Assembly (NCBI RefSeq): GCF_052425735.1
Contig: NC_135759.1
Location: forward strand, 29,760,001 to 29,824,000
Reading direction: 5' to 3'
DNA length: 64,000 nt
From: Oculina patagonica
Taxonomy: Eukaryota
Part shown: one piece after another, positions 12,801-25,289 of the stretch
Numbering within the stretch: the first letter of the stretch is position 1
How the letters are laid out: each line of letters begins with the position of its first letter
The notes under the pieces: generated by a model
The model's database searches: none
The model's input: the letters and a program-made list of their open reading frames with translations, nothing else
Told to the model about the DNA's origin: nothing
Made by a program: the position numbers and the translations under genes

Positions 12801-15800
12801 TCAACTTATAATTATAATTTTTATAATTATGTTCAAAGTCAGACAAGGGACTCATGTTGTATTCGTTACTTTTCTTTAAAAGATGAAAGCAAGATCAGTA
12901 ACATGCTAATCGAGACACGCAGGAATCGTGAAATGTGCAATCAAATTGCCCGGAAAGTTTTCTTCAACCAATCTCACACCACCAAGGTAGCTCCTGTTGG
13001 TCCTGATGTAAGTATGACGCGCTCCAGTTCATACCACAACTATGAATCTATAGTTTAAGCCTATGTCTAAAGAATATCATTGCACTGGCCTTAGATAACA
13101 GCTTTTAATGGACGTTGGTGATGAAATCCCTCTGCTCGGTACCCAAAATATAAATTATCAGGAGAGAAAAGATGTTGGTTGTAATGGACTCCTATCTGCC
13201 ACTAAGTGAATATATTATGAGGCAGACGTTGTCTCTGACTAAGTGTTCAGAACGAATTATCGCACGACATGATGTAAAAAGTGCACTTATAATAATACTG
13301 GATAATAGAACGATAAGTATATTTAATAAATGCTTTTAAGCATTTAACTGATTTATTAACTATTTAAAAATAGTTAATTAATTAATTAATTCATTTAAAA
13401 CCATGAAAATAATATTTATTAAGCTAATGTTAATACTGTTAGGCATGGATCAGTCCTGGAATACAGATTGAAGGCTGTTTATTTACTATGTTGGTCGCGA
13501 CCTTTGCAAAACCTGCAAGTTGGAAGCACAAAATTTCCATGGAGCTAGATATAAACTACCATTCTCTGAAAACTTTCCTAAACTTGAGGTAAGAAAGTAA
13601 AAATATTGCACTGTGTATCATTATTTCAAAATGTGTGTCAAGCTACTCAGTTTAGAGTCATTTTGAAGAAAGCAATTATTTTAAGAGTAGAACCGAGCGC
13701 AAATTAAAAACTAAAGTGAAAGAAATTTATCCTTAACCTGATTTCATATTTAAAAAGCATAGTCCGTAGTTATAGATAACAAAATAATATAACACAAACA
13801 AAAAACAAGAACTGCCCATGAAAGACGAAATCACCTGTATAAACTGATGATAATGATGATCCCTGAATACAACTTTACTGGCTTTTATCGACATTTGACG
13901 AAACGCGAAAGACATTCATTGTTGTCGTTACTCACAGATTGCATATCTTCACATTGAACATTATTTTAAAATAATGAATAATAATTATTACATAATATGC
14001 AGTGGTATAGCGAGTGGTAGCAGATCGATAAAAATGGTATCACACATGTGTGGATAAAAATGGTATCCACACATGTGTGATATCATTTTTGACCAATCAG
14101 ATCGCAGTGGTTACCATGTTATAATGTTCAATGAACCAAAGTTCATCGATATTAAGTCGAAACATCTTCGGATCTTCCTCGGCAAACTTCTGAAATTTTC
14201 GAAAAAGTTCGGAAAATGTTCGGCAACATTCGTACAGCCTTCGGACCACATTTTGGAAATCTTCGGAAATCTTCGGTAAATGGTCGGAAATCTTCGGAAA
14301 ATCGTCATAAACATCGTAATTTAGTAGGTTTGTATAATAAACAGAATTGCGCTTACTCGTGACATATCGATTTGAACACTCGAAGATAAATTTCAATATG
14401 TCCGCGCAACCATGTATTATTCTCTATATAATAATGCCTTTTTTGTTAGGTCTTGATACAGGAAGATGGAAAGAAACGACAGTTGGTTGTTGGAGTGGCA
14501 AGGGTCAACCACAAACTACACAAGTCAGCTGGCGAGTCTAATGACACCATAGGCTATTATACTTCTGATGGTCATCTTCTTGACGCTTGTGAAAAGAAAG
14601 GGTCCAAAAGTGGCCAACCAGTTGAAGGTATCAGCCATTAAATCATCTCTTCAGAACAGAACTAGTATATTAAGTATTTGGAGTAAGGGAGTATTTCTCA
14701 CTGGTGTCCAGTTCAGGTTAATACCTTAGAAAAACATAAATAATCTTCAAAGCTAAGTTATTCTTGACAGAAACATACCATCAAAATTAATCTCGTAGAT
14801 TGCAAGAAAGAGGCAAAGTAGACCTCCATCCCACCTAGTTAATCTTACCAGTGACATCAATTGCTCTACACAGGGTCTTGGATAACATTTCTTGCGTGAT
14901 GTCAGATGCACCTTTACTCAGGGAACATCTATGTACTTGTTAAAATAGGCTAAACAAGAATTAAGTCCAAATTTAGCTTTTAGCTTTTATTTTTTTTTTT
15001 TTTTTTTTTTTAGATTTTCTTTACTTGCTTGGCTAGCTGATTTTGAAATCTCATTACAGATAAAATGGCCTATCGAGGTGACCTGATTGTTTGTCTTGTC
15101 GACTTTGACAAACTCGATGAAGAAAGCCGAGTCCCAATTAATTTTACCTTAAACGGAGCACTGATATACGAGGCCTTGATGAAATACGAAAAAGGAAAGA
15201 GAGAGCTTTATCCCTTCATAGGAATGTGTCACAAAGGCATTCGTGTTCTCGCCAAGGTAAGAAGAATTGTCACCAAAAAGGTCGGGACACACTAGGCGAC
15301 AATTCGCTGCAACATGTTGCCTCGTGTGACATGGTGCATTCCTGCGACAGAATATTGTCGCTGCGATCAGTCGCACGAATTCAAACCAGTTTGAATTCGT
15401 GCGACTGATCGCAGCAACAAAATGACAGAGCGAAAGGAGCGTTGTCGTAGCGTGTGCACCTTTCTGCGACAGCTTGCTGCGACAAAATATAAATTAACCA
15501 ATGACAGGGCGTCATGTATTTTCGCCATATTTAGTTGGAAAACTAGTTCACATTCCCACTATTTCAAATCGGCTGCGTGTCAAGCGCCGTTGGGTTGAAT
15601 CAGTAAACACGGAGCGACTTGTCGCAGAGACCTGTCGCTGCGACTTGTCGCCTTGTGGTCCCGACCTTAAACCATAATCTACAATAATTCAATACAATAA
15701 TAATAATACAATAATTGACTACAAAACCTAAGGATACAAAATAAAATGTTAATGGAAATTTTTCAAAACATCTTCACACGCCGGGCCAGGAGAGCGCTCG

Positions 15801-18800
15801 AAGCTGCATCCACGGAATAACTTTTTGCTGTTTTATCCGATAGAGCTCAAACTTTGCACAATGATAGAACTTTTTATTTCAAACAATCATATGATTTTTG
15901 TTTTTTGAATTTAACGGTTTTTGGCGGGAAAATGACGTCACAGTGCCTAAGTCAAATTTTTTTTTCTGTTATGGCACAAAAAGTACATGATTCTGAAAGA
16001 ACTCATTGAGATAAAGTGAAATGCGAAAAAATTATTGAAAAAGCTCAATCCGCCTTGAAGATATAAGGTTTGGAAATTTGAATTTTCCGCCATTTTGTTA
16101 CTATTTTTAGAACATTTACAAAATTCAGATCTTTATATCTTCAAGACGGATTGAGCTTTTTCAATAATTTTTTCGCATTTCACTTTGTCTCAATGAGTTC
16201 TTTCAGAATCATGTACTTTTTGTGCCATAACAGAAAAAAAAATTTGACTTAGGCACTGTGACGTCATTTTCCCGCCAAAAACCGTTAAATTCAAAAAACA
16301 AAAATCATACGATTGTTTGGAATAAAAAGTTCTATCATTGTGCAAAGTTTGAGCTCTATCGGATAAAACAGCAAAAAGTTATTCCGAGGGTGCAGCTTCG
16401 GGCGCTCTCCTGGCCCGGCGTGTTAAGCTCGGCAAGGGGCCCTTTATATAAACAAACAAGAACATTGAGAAGCTTGAAAAGCTTAAAATCGGGCGCTTTG
16501 CCTTGAAAGGCAGGGTTCAGTACAGCAGAAACCACGAAGCAGTTACTTAAGTAGCACTCAGTCCGACTGTGTTTGTGTAAGTCACAGGGCTTGCATGAGC
16601 TGTATTAGTGTGCATAATATAATATCTAGAACGTTGTCGAGATTGCATTATTACTTAATGACATGATGGTTTCAATTTATAAATGTATCTCACACAATAC
16701 AAATAAACGATTGAAGTAGACGACTAGACAATGTAAAGTTTTAAGACTTAGCAAAGTGCAGTGTATTGGTAATACTGTAAGGTGCGGTTTCGCCTGAAGG
16801 TCGTGTGCTTTTCGGTATTTTCCAGGCATTGCACTTTGATGGGACAGTACTACAACTGTTTACCGGGGAACTACTATTGTCAAGAAAATGATCACAACTT
16901 GTTGATGAATGATTGAACATTTGTTTCATACCATTACTGTAATAGCAATTGATAAAGGCTTTTAGTCCTGAACCAAAGTATAAGGACTGGGAAATACTGA
17001 AACCCATTATCAGCCACCTTAAACGGAAATATCTTGTTGGTGTTTCAAGGAATCCAAGGAAACTTCACTCATCCCATGTATCTATGTATTGCGGTATTTT
17101 GTAATTTTTTGAGTGATTTTTGGGGATGTTTGGCAGGTGATAGTTTTTTTAAAAGAATTAGTAAAATTTAGACAACTAAGAAATATTGAAAATTTAATGT
17201 GAATTTAACATTGGAATTTGAAGTTAGAAATTGGCAGACGGACACCAAACAGTCCCGTGACATCCTGGAGTGTTTTTGCATGGGGGTCAACTGTGTGATG
17301 ATGTTTCCATTTTTTTCTTCAATCCCCACTGATAAAGAACTGTTGTTGGTGTTATGTTGGTGTTATCACATGTCAAGCCTTTAACAAGGTATGAAAGAAC
17401 ACAAGGATTTAAATTATTCTGGTGCTCAATTTTTGCGTAACTAAAATTAATGTTACTCAAATTCCTGATGGATTCTGTCTTAAACTGTTACGAGCTTAGT
17501 ATTTCCAAATTATTGCATGTCAATGTAAGGCAAGACAAGACATGCCTTGGTTCTTATGTAATTCACTTAAAAACACAAAAGATATTGACTATAATTTTGT
17601 CTGTGCTATGGCAATTCACAGTGGGGTGGTCTTGATGTATCTTTAACTTGTAGACTGGACTGGACTAGTAAAACGCGGACTAGTAAAACGCGGACTTGTA
17701 AAACGCCTCTAGACACTTCGAATTCCTTGGCCACAATCATCTTACGGCTCTCTTCAATACATAATGTGTCAAAAAAAACAGTAACCTTAGAAAGAAGTCA
17801 GAAGCAAATAAGGTCGAAAGACCGAATTTGAACATATAACGGCAAATGTTCTAATGTCACGAACGTAGGAGTCGTGTAGGCCCGTCACCTTTATTTACCA
17901 CATACTGCCCCCAAATTAAAACAGTACCCTCAGAAAGAAGTCAGAAGCAAATAAGGTCGAAAGACCGAATTTAAACATTTAACGGCAAATATTCTAATGT
18001 CACGAACGTAGGAGTCATGTAGGCCCGTCACCTTTATTTACGATTGACTGTTGATTTCTGGACGGGCCCCGTTCTACCTCGTGCGAGCAATACAAACGAC
18101 TGCACTCAACAGACGTCAAGTAGTGGAAAGAAAGAAACATATGCACACAACTCATAGCATCAATCCCGTTGTTTTAGTAGGGGTTTGCAGAACGAACATG
18201 TGCTATACTGCAAAAACATCTCCACGCTAAAACAGACCATAGAGTGCTCAAAAAAGCTAGAAATATGCCGTCGAAGAAACACACAAGAGCTTCAAACACA
18301 AATTGTTTCGCTCGCTAAACCGTTTAGTTTTATCCGATTTACAAGCGCTTGTTTTACAAGTCCGCGTTCTACAAGTCCGTGCTTAACAAGCCCTCGTTTT
18401 ACAAGTCCGCGTTTTACAAGTCCGCGTTTTACTAGTCCTCGTTTTACAAGTCCGCGTTTTACTAGTCCGCGTTTTACTAGTCCGCCTTTTACAAGTCCGC
18501 GTTTTACCTGAGTCCGCGTTTTACTAGTCCGCGTTTTACAAGTCCGCGTTTTACTAGTCCGCGTTATGGTGGATTTCCACTGACGCGTAATTTTTTACGT
18601 GCGTGAAGAAATTTAGAGACAATGTATGAATGGCTTGCGTAAACGTTCACGCAAGTCGTTCATACGTTGTCTTAAAATTTTTCCCCCACGTAAAAAATTA
18701 CGCGTCAGTGGAAATCCACCATTATACTAGTCCGCGTTTTACAAGTCCGCGTTTTACTAGTCCGCGTTTTACTAGTCCAGTCCAGTCCTCGAAATACAGT

Positions 18801-21800
18801 ATGCCAAAACTCCCCGCCCTCTAAAGATAAGTCCTTGACGGTTCTTGTCGTTTTTCGGTGCCTATTCATCTTCGGCATCTTTCTCATCCACCTCTCGTTC
18901 TGTCCTGTGTCTGTCATCACACGAAAGAAAAGCTGATTCTCAAAAAATCTGCCACAAAAGGAAATTGACAAAAACAATATGAAAACCATATATCGAAAGT
19001 TTCTTATTCTAAAATTTTATCATACGTCTTAATTCAGAGCTACAAAGAAGTTACTCCTTTTGAGTTATTGATACTGTTCTTACAGTACCTCTTTCCACTA
19101 GCGAAATGTTACAAAATTCTTTCGCGGCGAAAAGGTAGCGCGAATCCAGAACAGACTCCAATCGAGAGTGGGTTAATTCTAGATTACTATTAATTAACTA
19201 TTACAACATTCATTTTTAAAATAGTTTCCCAAGCCGACTAAGCTAACTAAACGTCGAGTGTATCTTTCAGTAAACAAAACATGCCGTTATGACGCCGGAA
19301 ATCCAGCTCACGCATACTATACCCCGTGACTCACGCAAACCTCCGACTTACGTGCTACTACAGTCATTCCTTTCTAAACATTTTTTTTTTGACCACCACC
19401 GTACCTTTCTACCCAAAAAACTCATGAAACCGCCCGGTTTTAACCTGTTTTAACCTTTCAAAAATTAGAGCGTTCGAAACTAAATGAGATCCGTAATCAC
19501 AAACAACATACAGCCGTTTACCAGCACTCTTTAAAACTCCTGAAACCCTTCAAAATCAGGCAAAATAAATCTTTGAAATAACCTTTATCAATGTTTCTTA
19601 TTTTTTATTCAGTTCTATAAAATGCCTTTCACACACTACTGTCAAACAAAAATTTCAATTTCCTCAAAGTTTCAAGACAAAAGAATAACAAATATTTCGT
19701 GCACAATGTAATTTGATTAAGCCAATATTATCACGTCTAAAAATACTTCAAGCAATTCAGTGAAAACCCGTTTTTTTTTTCGTATCAACGAAAACCACTT
19801 TCGAATAACCAATACATGAAAATAACAATAAGATCAAAAGGAAGAAAGGAACCTTTCTAATTATTTGAAGACTTTCAAAGCCGTGATATTATGCATCCAA
19901 TCCGCGATAAAATTTAATTACAACAAAATCCAAGTTCTCATTTTGAATTCCATTTTTTTCAGTTGATACCTTTATCCAACTTGTGAAAAATTCCATTCAA
20001 GTTCCTATTAATACTGTACATTCCCAATGTTTTGCTCAGGTCTTCAGAAGCGTCTTACTAACCAAATCTAAAATAATTCCAAAACATGCTGTACAAACAT
20101 TCTACTCTTTGTGACAAACGACTTGACGACCAATTGTTCAGAAATGAAAATCGACACAGTTCTTGCTAAATAAAAAAAAGTTTTACGGCGGAGTCAGGCT
20201 CAAAAAATATACCGCAAGATCACACCCCCATTCATAGTCAGAAACCAGCAAACCATCTAGTTTGCTAAAAAAACACTGCGTGACATCAATGACGTTACCT
20301 TTTTCATTTACAAAAATAACTTTAACTTGTCAAAGTAAGTGCAATTTCACAATGGTGAATATCAGTACAGTATGGGGCCCAGTTCTCGGCCGGGTCCAGT
20401 TCTCGGCCACTTTGTGTTTAACGCGTTTTTTCACACTCCAGTTGAATAAAAAGAAAAAGGTATTTCCTTCAAACGATAGACTGATTCATGTGCTTTAAGT
20501 ATCTTGAGTTTGATCGTTCAATTCGATATAGAAAGCTCACACGTCGAGTTTACGCGGAGGTAGGTGAATTTGCATTCCCGAAAAAGTTGTTTGTTTACGG
20601 CTCCAAATTCATGGATGTAGTTAAATTCGTATTTTATCCAAAAGCCCCCACCATACGAGCTAATTTTTGGCATGTGAAACGTAGAATAATTCAGCTTTCT
20701 GCTTTAGTTAACTTTTCGTTGAACCGTTGTATTTTTTGGTCTTAACTTACTTCGAAATTTTTTCTTGCGACGTTTGCGTATTTGCCAGTTCTCGGCCACC
20801 CTGCTCGCTATCACAGCTTAGCGCTTGGTTTTTAATATAATTTCATCTGCTGCTGCCAGAATGAAAGAAATAAATGTTTTAAAAATAAAGTTCAATCTTA
20901 TCTCTAAGTTTTGAGCTGACTCTTGTCTTGTCTATTATTTCTACAACACCTAAATCTTTCAAGACCTTTTCACTGCAAAATAAACCATCTAAATGCACGG
21001 GTCACACAATGCGGTTTTGCCAGAACCTGCACATAGGCAACTAGGCGCGTTAAAATCCTTCTTTTCTAAAGTAAAACAAAGCATCATAAAAATAATTTGG
21101 GATCGATATAGTATAAATAGGTTTACAGAGTGATTTTATGACTGTGAAAATTAATTGAGCATTTTTTTACAGATAATTACGCACAAGCTTTTTAGTGGCC
21201 GAGAACTGGGCCAAGGTGGCCGAGAACTGGGCCCACAAATGGAGCTTTTATTTTTATTATTGCTCGGGCAAATTAATTTTTGACCGGTCGATAGCTTTAC
21301 ACAAAAAGCTGAATAATGTAGCTAGCTCTGGGAGAAATTTCAAGTTCCTGCGGTTCTTCTGAGGTAAGAAATACAAGTTTACGTCAAAAGTGGCCGAGAA
21401 CTGGGCCAAGGTGGCCGAGAACTGGGCCCACAAATGGAGCTTTTATTTTTATTATTGCTCGGGCAAATTAATTTTTGACCGGTCGATAGCTTTACACCAA
21501 AAAGCTGAATAATGTAGCTAGCTCTGGGAGAAATTTCAAGTTCCTGCGGTTCTTCTGAGGTAAGAAATACAAGTTTACGTCAAAAGGGGCCGAGAACTGG
21601 GCCAAGGTGGCCGAGAACTGGGCCCACAAATGGAGCTTTTATTTTTATTATTGCTCGGGCAAATTAATTTTTGACCGGTCGATAGCTTTACACCAAAAAG
21701 CTGAATAATGTAGCTAGCTCTGGGAGAAATTTCAAGTTCCTGCGGTTCTTCTGAGGTAAGAAATACAAGTTTACGTCAAAAGTGGCCGAGAACTGAGCCC

Positions 21801-24800
21801 CATACTGTACTTTGCCCCGTAAGCTTTTTTCTCTGTCCTTCCGCCGAAGCAAAAAAACACAACCTGATTACACATTAACCCAAAAGTCGACCAAGTGTGC
21901 CTGCAACGATTTCCTGTCAAAACTAAAATGAAAACCATTGCGGTATGCGTCACCCGTAGCGGTTTTGTAGCAACCCCAAGCTATCCCCGTCTTTTTGGCC
22001 GCGCCAGGAGACTACGCTCTAGGACGACCAAAGGGTAAACTATAAATCGGCCACGCCCGATTAATAAGGCGAAAATGTTTAGGCCTGATCGCATGCAGCA
22101 AAGTTCAGTAGGTACATGGTTTACTGTTGTGATCGCTGCTGATAAAAAGGCAACTCGAATTTCTTTAAACTAGGGCGACTCGCAGCTCAAAATTATTTGA
22201 CCTACATATGCTACGATCCTTAAATATAACAAGCCGTGACATCAGCTCCTGGATCTGTTTAAATGTCAACTGATCCTTATGTTATTTTATTAGGTTTGCT
22301 CTGCTACGAATGACACGGAAGACAGTGCCTTGGCAATTGAGAAGCTGAAAAAATCTACCGACGTTCAATTCCAGGAGTTACAGCAAAGAATTGCCGACGT
22401 TTGTGAAATCATTGTATTTTCTAATCAAACCAGTGCCGAAGGAGTCGCTACCACTGGTCCAAATGTAAGTACCTGAGGGAGTCGGGGCGGGTGCTTCCTT
22501 ATATACGCTATTAATATGGATATGTGCCGCTGGACGAGGTCCCATTTTTAACCTTCCATGTCTGTGATGGGGTTCCAATTTTGGCTCTACAGTACATGTA
22601 TAATCGCAATTGCCATTGATAAAAATGCGCCAAGAACATTAGCATGACCATTTCGTCACAAGGCTCGAAAACTCAGCTGTTACAAGGGTTTTTGTCAGTC
22701 CTTATCGCTATCAAACAAACAGTTGCAGCATTTGATTGTTATTTTCTACAATCAAAGCTATTTGTTCATCTTTAGAGTTTTTATACAGAGAAATAACCCT
22801 AAAAGGGATGAGGGATGACAAGAAACGAGAAAAAGCTACTGGTAATGCTAGAAGCCAGACGAGGCTCAAGGGCACGTATATTTGATGTTGTGGATTGCCA
22901 GACCCATATGCCATCCGTATTATGTGATCTAAGTCTAGTATTTTTTTCTATCAACAAACTAGATAAAAACAACTGCTTACGTTATTTTAACCAATGCAAA
23001 TTACAAAAATGTGTTTATTCGAATCATGGTCTTTTTTTATTTGGAAACCTTTCAGGCTTGGTTTAGTTCTGGGATACAGATTGACGGCTGTTTGCTTTCC
23101 TATATTGGTAGCGACCTTTGCAAAACCTGCACGTATGAGCCAAAGGATTTCCATGGAGCCAGATATAAACAGCCCTTCTCTGAAAGCCTACCAAAACTTG
23201 AGGTGAGAAAGACATCATACTTGAAACTTTCGTGACCGCGTCAATAGTAGGTTTTTGGAGTGGCGAAGACAATTAAGGCTTGTTACGCACAGTGTTCCAA
23301 GATGTAAGCTAAGCTCTTTTATTAGAGTGGCGTTGGTGAATTAGTTTTCTACAATCCTACACGTTTGAGTTTTAATGAGAACATTAAAATAAACTATCCT
23401 AATTTATTAAGTGCGTGTATTGGTATCAGAACTAGTCTCTCGCTAAATTATAAGCGCAGTATTGAATTCAAACTAGAAACATAAAACATTTGCCGTCGTG
23501 GTTCACGTTCTTCAGACTACTCAGAATTTGGTCGTTTCACGTTGTTATTAACAGAGGACGACTAAGAAATGTATCGAAGATGAATACGCACTTGTAGAGC
23601 TATTGTTGTTATCACTAAATCTCTCCTTGGTGTCGCCGTCGTGGTTTCGTATGGTCCCTAATAATTAATTGATTAATTGGCTCGTCCCACAAGGTTACCC
23701 TTCTTCTTCTACCAGGTCACCCACTCTAGGCACAAGTCGCTAACTTCCTAATTAACCAACCTAAAGACCCCTTCTTAATACTTTATTACCTTATTGTTCT
23801 TTTTGTCAGGTTCTGATTAAGGAAGGTGGCAAGAGGCGAGAATTGGTTGTTGGCGTTGTACGAGTTAAACACAACTTGCGTGAATCAGCAGGTGAATCAG
23901 TTGATACTGTCGGCTACCATGTCAGTGATGGACGCATACGAAATTCTTGTGAAAAGAAGTACACCGGAGTTGTTCAGTTGGTGGAAGGTAATGTGTCGAT
24001 TTTTGAGCCACTGAATGATAAAAACAACTCAAAAACTACAGTAAAACCACAGCCCACTATAAAGTAGCTTTTAAATTTGGATCGATTCAATTAGCTCTAA
24101 CCTTCCAGAAGTAAAAACAAGATTCTTGTATTGTGTGTGAAGTGTTGGCGCCTAAACAGCTCAGTGAAACCCCATAGTGGAATCTGTTAAAGACCACAAC
24201 CGTTGGTGCTGTTTTACCAAGTGGAAATGTTAAACCAATTGCAAGACGGGGACATAGAACTGCTGTGAGCATTCCAGTTAAAAATGATCGATTTTTTTCC
24301 TTTAGGAAAAAGCCTCCTTTGACACCCAAATTATTGGTGTTGTTTAAAGCAAGACTGAGGATTTTCAGCTTCGGCTTCTTTGTTAAACCAGTTCCTTAAA
24401 GCCCCCACATTATTTATATATAACTATCAAGACTGAAAGTTAATGTGTGTTTTTCCCGGATCACAAGAATGTGCTTTTATCCGCATCACAAGACTGAGAT
24501 TAAGTTTGGGCCGATTTCATACAGTTACAGTTACCTACTGACCCAACAAAGAGCGTTATGTTTGTGAAAATAAAAACTTGACTTGATGGTTTTTTGTCCT
24601 CACTTTGTAGGTAGGGTGGCCTTGCAAGATGATTCGATTGCTTGTATTGTCGAGTATAGCAAATTCGAAAATGGCAGAGTTCCAGTTGTTTTCACCTTGA
24701 ATGGAGAAATTATATACCAGGCCTCGATGAAGTACGAAAAAGGAAAGCGAGAGCTTTATCCTTTCATTGGAATGGGTCATAAAGGCATTCGAGTTCTAGC

Positions 24801-25289
24801 CAAGGTAAGAGAACCTACCGACTTGTTTAGTTTGTAGTTTGTCTTAAAGTCTTTCAAAAAAAATACATAGTTTACGTGATCAGTTTTATCACCGTGTAAG
24901 CTACCTCTTCAATGTTGAAGAGGGTTGCATGGGGGCTGTTCTTTCTTACGTTTTGAAAAGGACTGATGTACATAGACTTGGGGAAGGGGTTGTTTTAAAT
25001 AAAGAGATGTGTTTGCTTTGTGTGCTAGAGCAGTACGTGAATGGTGACAAGGGAAGGTAGTTTTTTATTGCGGGGGGGGGGGGGGGGGGGGGGGGGGGAA
25101 AAGAACCGACAATTCTACTTATTTCTACTGTTACAGGTGTGCACTGGAAAAAGTGACGGAGGAACTTCCAGTGATGTTCTATCAAAGGCAGCAGATTCAA
25201 TTGGGAAGCTGAAAGAAGCCAGTGACGTTGAGTTCCAGAATTTACACCAAAGAATTGCGGAAGTTGAGAAGAAAAGCAGAATAAAATGA
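3563..25289 (+). CDS. TRPC-like cation channel with inserted vWA domain and two C-terminal SPRY domains (about 1250 aa if one frameshift is corrected). Exons: 3563-3602, 4019-4125, 4484-4678, 5257-5449, 5958-6265, 6421-6661, 7295-7318, 8299-8593, 9136-9486, 9956-9982, 10432-10621, 11131-11352, 12112-12190, 12883-13007, 13443-13588, 14450-14627, 15060-15256, 22294-22464, 23056-23202, 23810-23987, 24611-24804, 25137-25289
   Basis: All junctions are GT-AG and phase-compatible except a 1-nt shortfall in exon 13443-13588. TRPC-like linker (LFTAFKVS...KAIEYKQMKFISHPVVYNLLDKRW), S1-S6 segments (DRWNVLD, pore WTLLG, LLVNMMIAVLSSTYERV), TRP-box equivalents (EWSLRK; PIPVPLNLI), vWA-like segment in exons 5-6, SPRY motifs (LEVLI...VVGV...GY...DG...FTLNG...LYPFIG) twice. 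Confidence 0.85.
4938..5235 (+). mobile_element. tRNA-derived SINE
   Basis: tRNA-like head (GGGGCGCGGTGACC...GGTTCAAG) followed by a core (CCCCCAGGTGTAT...GGACTAGCACCCCATCCAGGGAGG...GCTTCATGCTAC...GGCCTGATGGGC) shared with copies at 49801-50655 and 54968-55270. Confidence 0.7.
7034..7191. mobile_element. Short hAT-like MITE remnant
   Basis: Imperfect TIR AGGGCGGATCTAGG / CCTGGATCGGCCCCT; no TSD readable. Confidence 0.5.
7565..8152. mobile_element. Non-autonomous piggyBac-like element
   Basis: TTAA on both sides (7561-7564, 8153-8156); TIR CCCTATTCAGACCGGG / CCCGGTCTGAATAGGG; a solo end recurs near 8901. Confidence 0.8.
11402..11574. mobile_element. Tc1/mariner-type MITE (CAGTCAACTC family)
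   Basis: TIR CAGTCAACTCACTCTAAG / CTTAGAGAGGGTTGACTG followed by TA; internal GTCCGTCTTA repeats; a longer relative lies at 59205-59917. Confidence 0.75.
11577..11866 (+). repeat. Dispersed hairpin-containing repeat; inverted copy at about 42003-42281
   Basis: TATACTAAAACAGTGGATAGCGTTTTTGGCGCGC...GGTGGCTAGCGGTGGATATTTAC matches the reverse complement of 42003-42281. Confidence 0.7.
15278..15668. mobile_element. PIF/Harbinger-like MITE
   Basis: Imperfect TIR AAGGTCGGGACACACTAGGCGACAA / TTGTCGCCTTGTGGTCCCGACCTT; internal TGTCGC/GCGACA repeats. Superfamily assignment is tentative. Confidence 0.6.
15777..16422. mobile_element. Near-perfect 646-bp palindromic (foldback) element, piggyBac-like ends
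   Basis: Left arm CACGCCGGGCCAGGAGAGCG... is the reverse complement of the right arm over about 300 bp; flanks TTCA / TTAA. Confidence 0.8.
17651..18805. mobile_element. Foldback-type element with subterminal 15-bp tandem repeats (TTTACWAGTCCGCGT) and an internal direct duplication of about 110 bp
   Basis: GACTGGACTGGACTAGTAAAACGCG at the left is inverted at the right; 15-bp array at about 18340-18780; 17787-17897 is repeated at about 17930-18040. Confidence 0.65.
18567..18721. mobile_element. Tourist/Harbinger-like MITE nested in the 15-bp array
   Basis: TIR TGGTGGATTTCCACTGACGCGTAATTTTT, TTA target duplication (18564-18566, 18722-18724). Confidence 0.8.
20368..21807. mobile_element. Non-autonomous Tc1/mariner-type element with a triplicated subterminal block of about 195 bp
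   Basis: TA flanks; TIR CAGTATGGGGCCCAGTTCTCGGCC / GGCCGAGAACTGAGCCCCATACTG; near-identical units start at about 21195, 21389 and 21585. Confidence 0.8.

Noticed and set aside
18185-18824. ORFs with FTSPR repeats resembling a phosphorylation-repeat protein or a CRISPR-like array
   Set aside because: Translation of a 15-bp transposon subterminal tandem repeat; no unique spacers and no splice context.
16741-20170. Possible decayed transposase or viral coding remnants in the large TRP intron
   Set aside because: Multiple stops in the frames I examined and no motif I could recognise.
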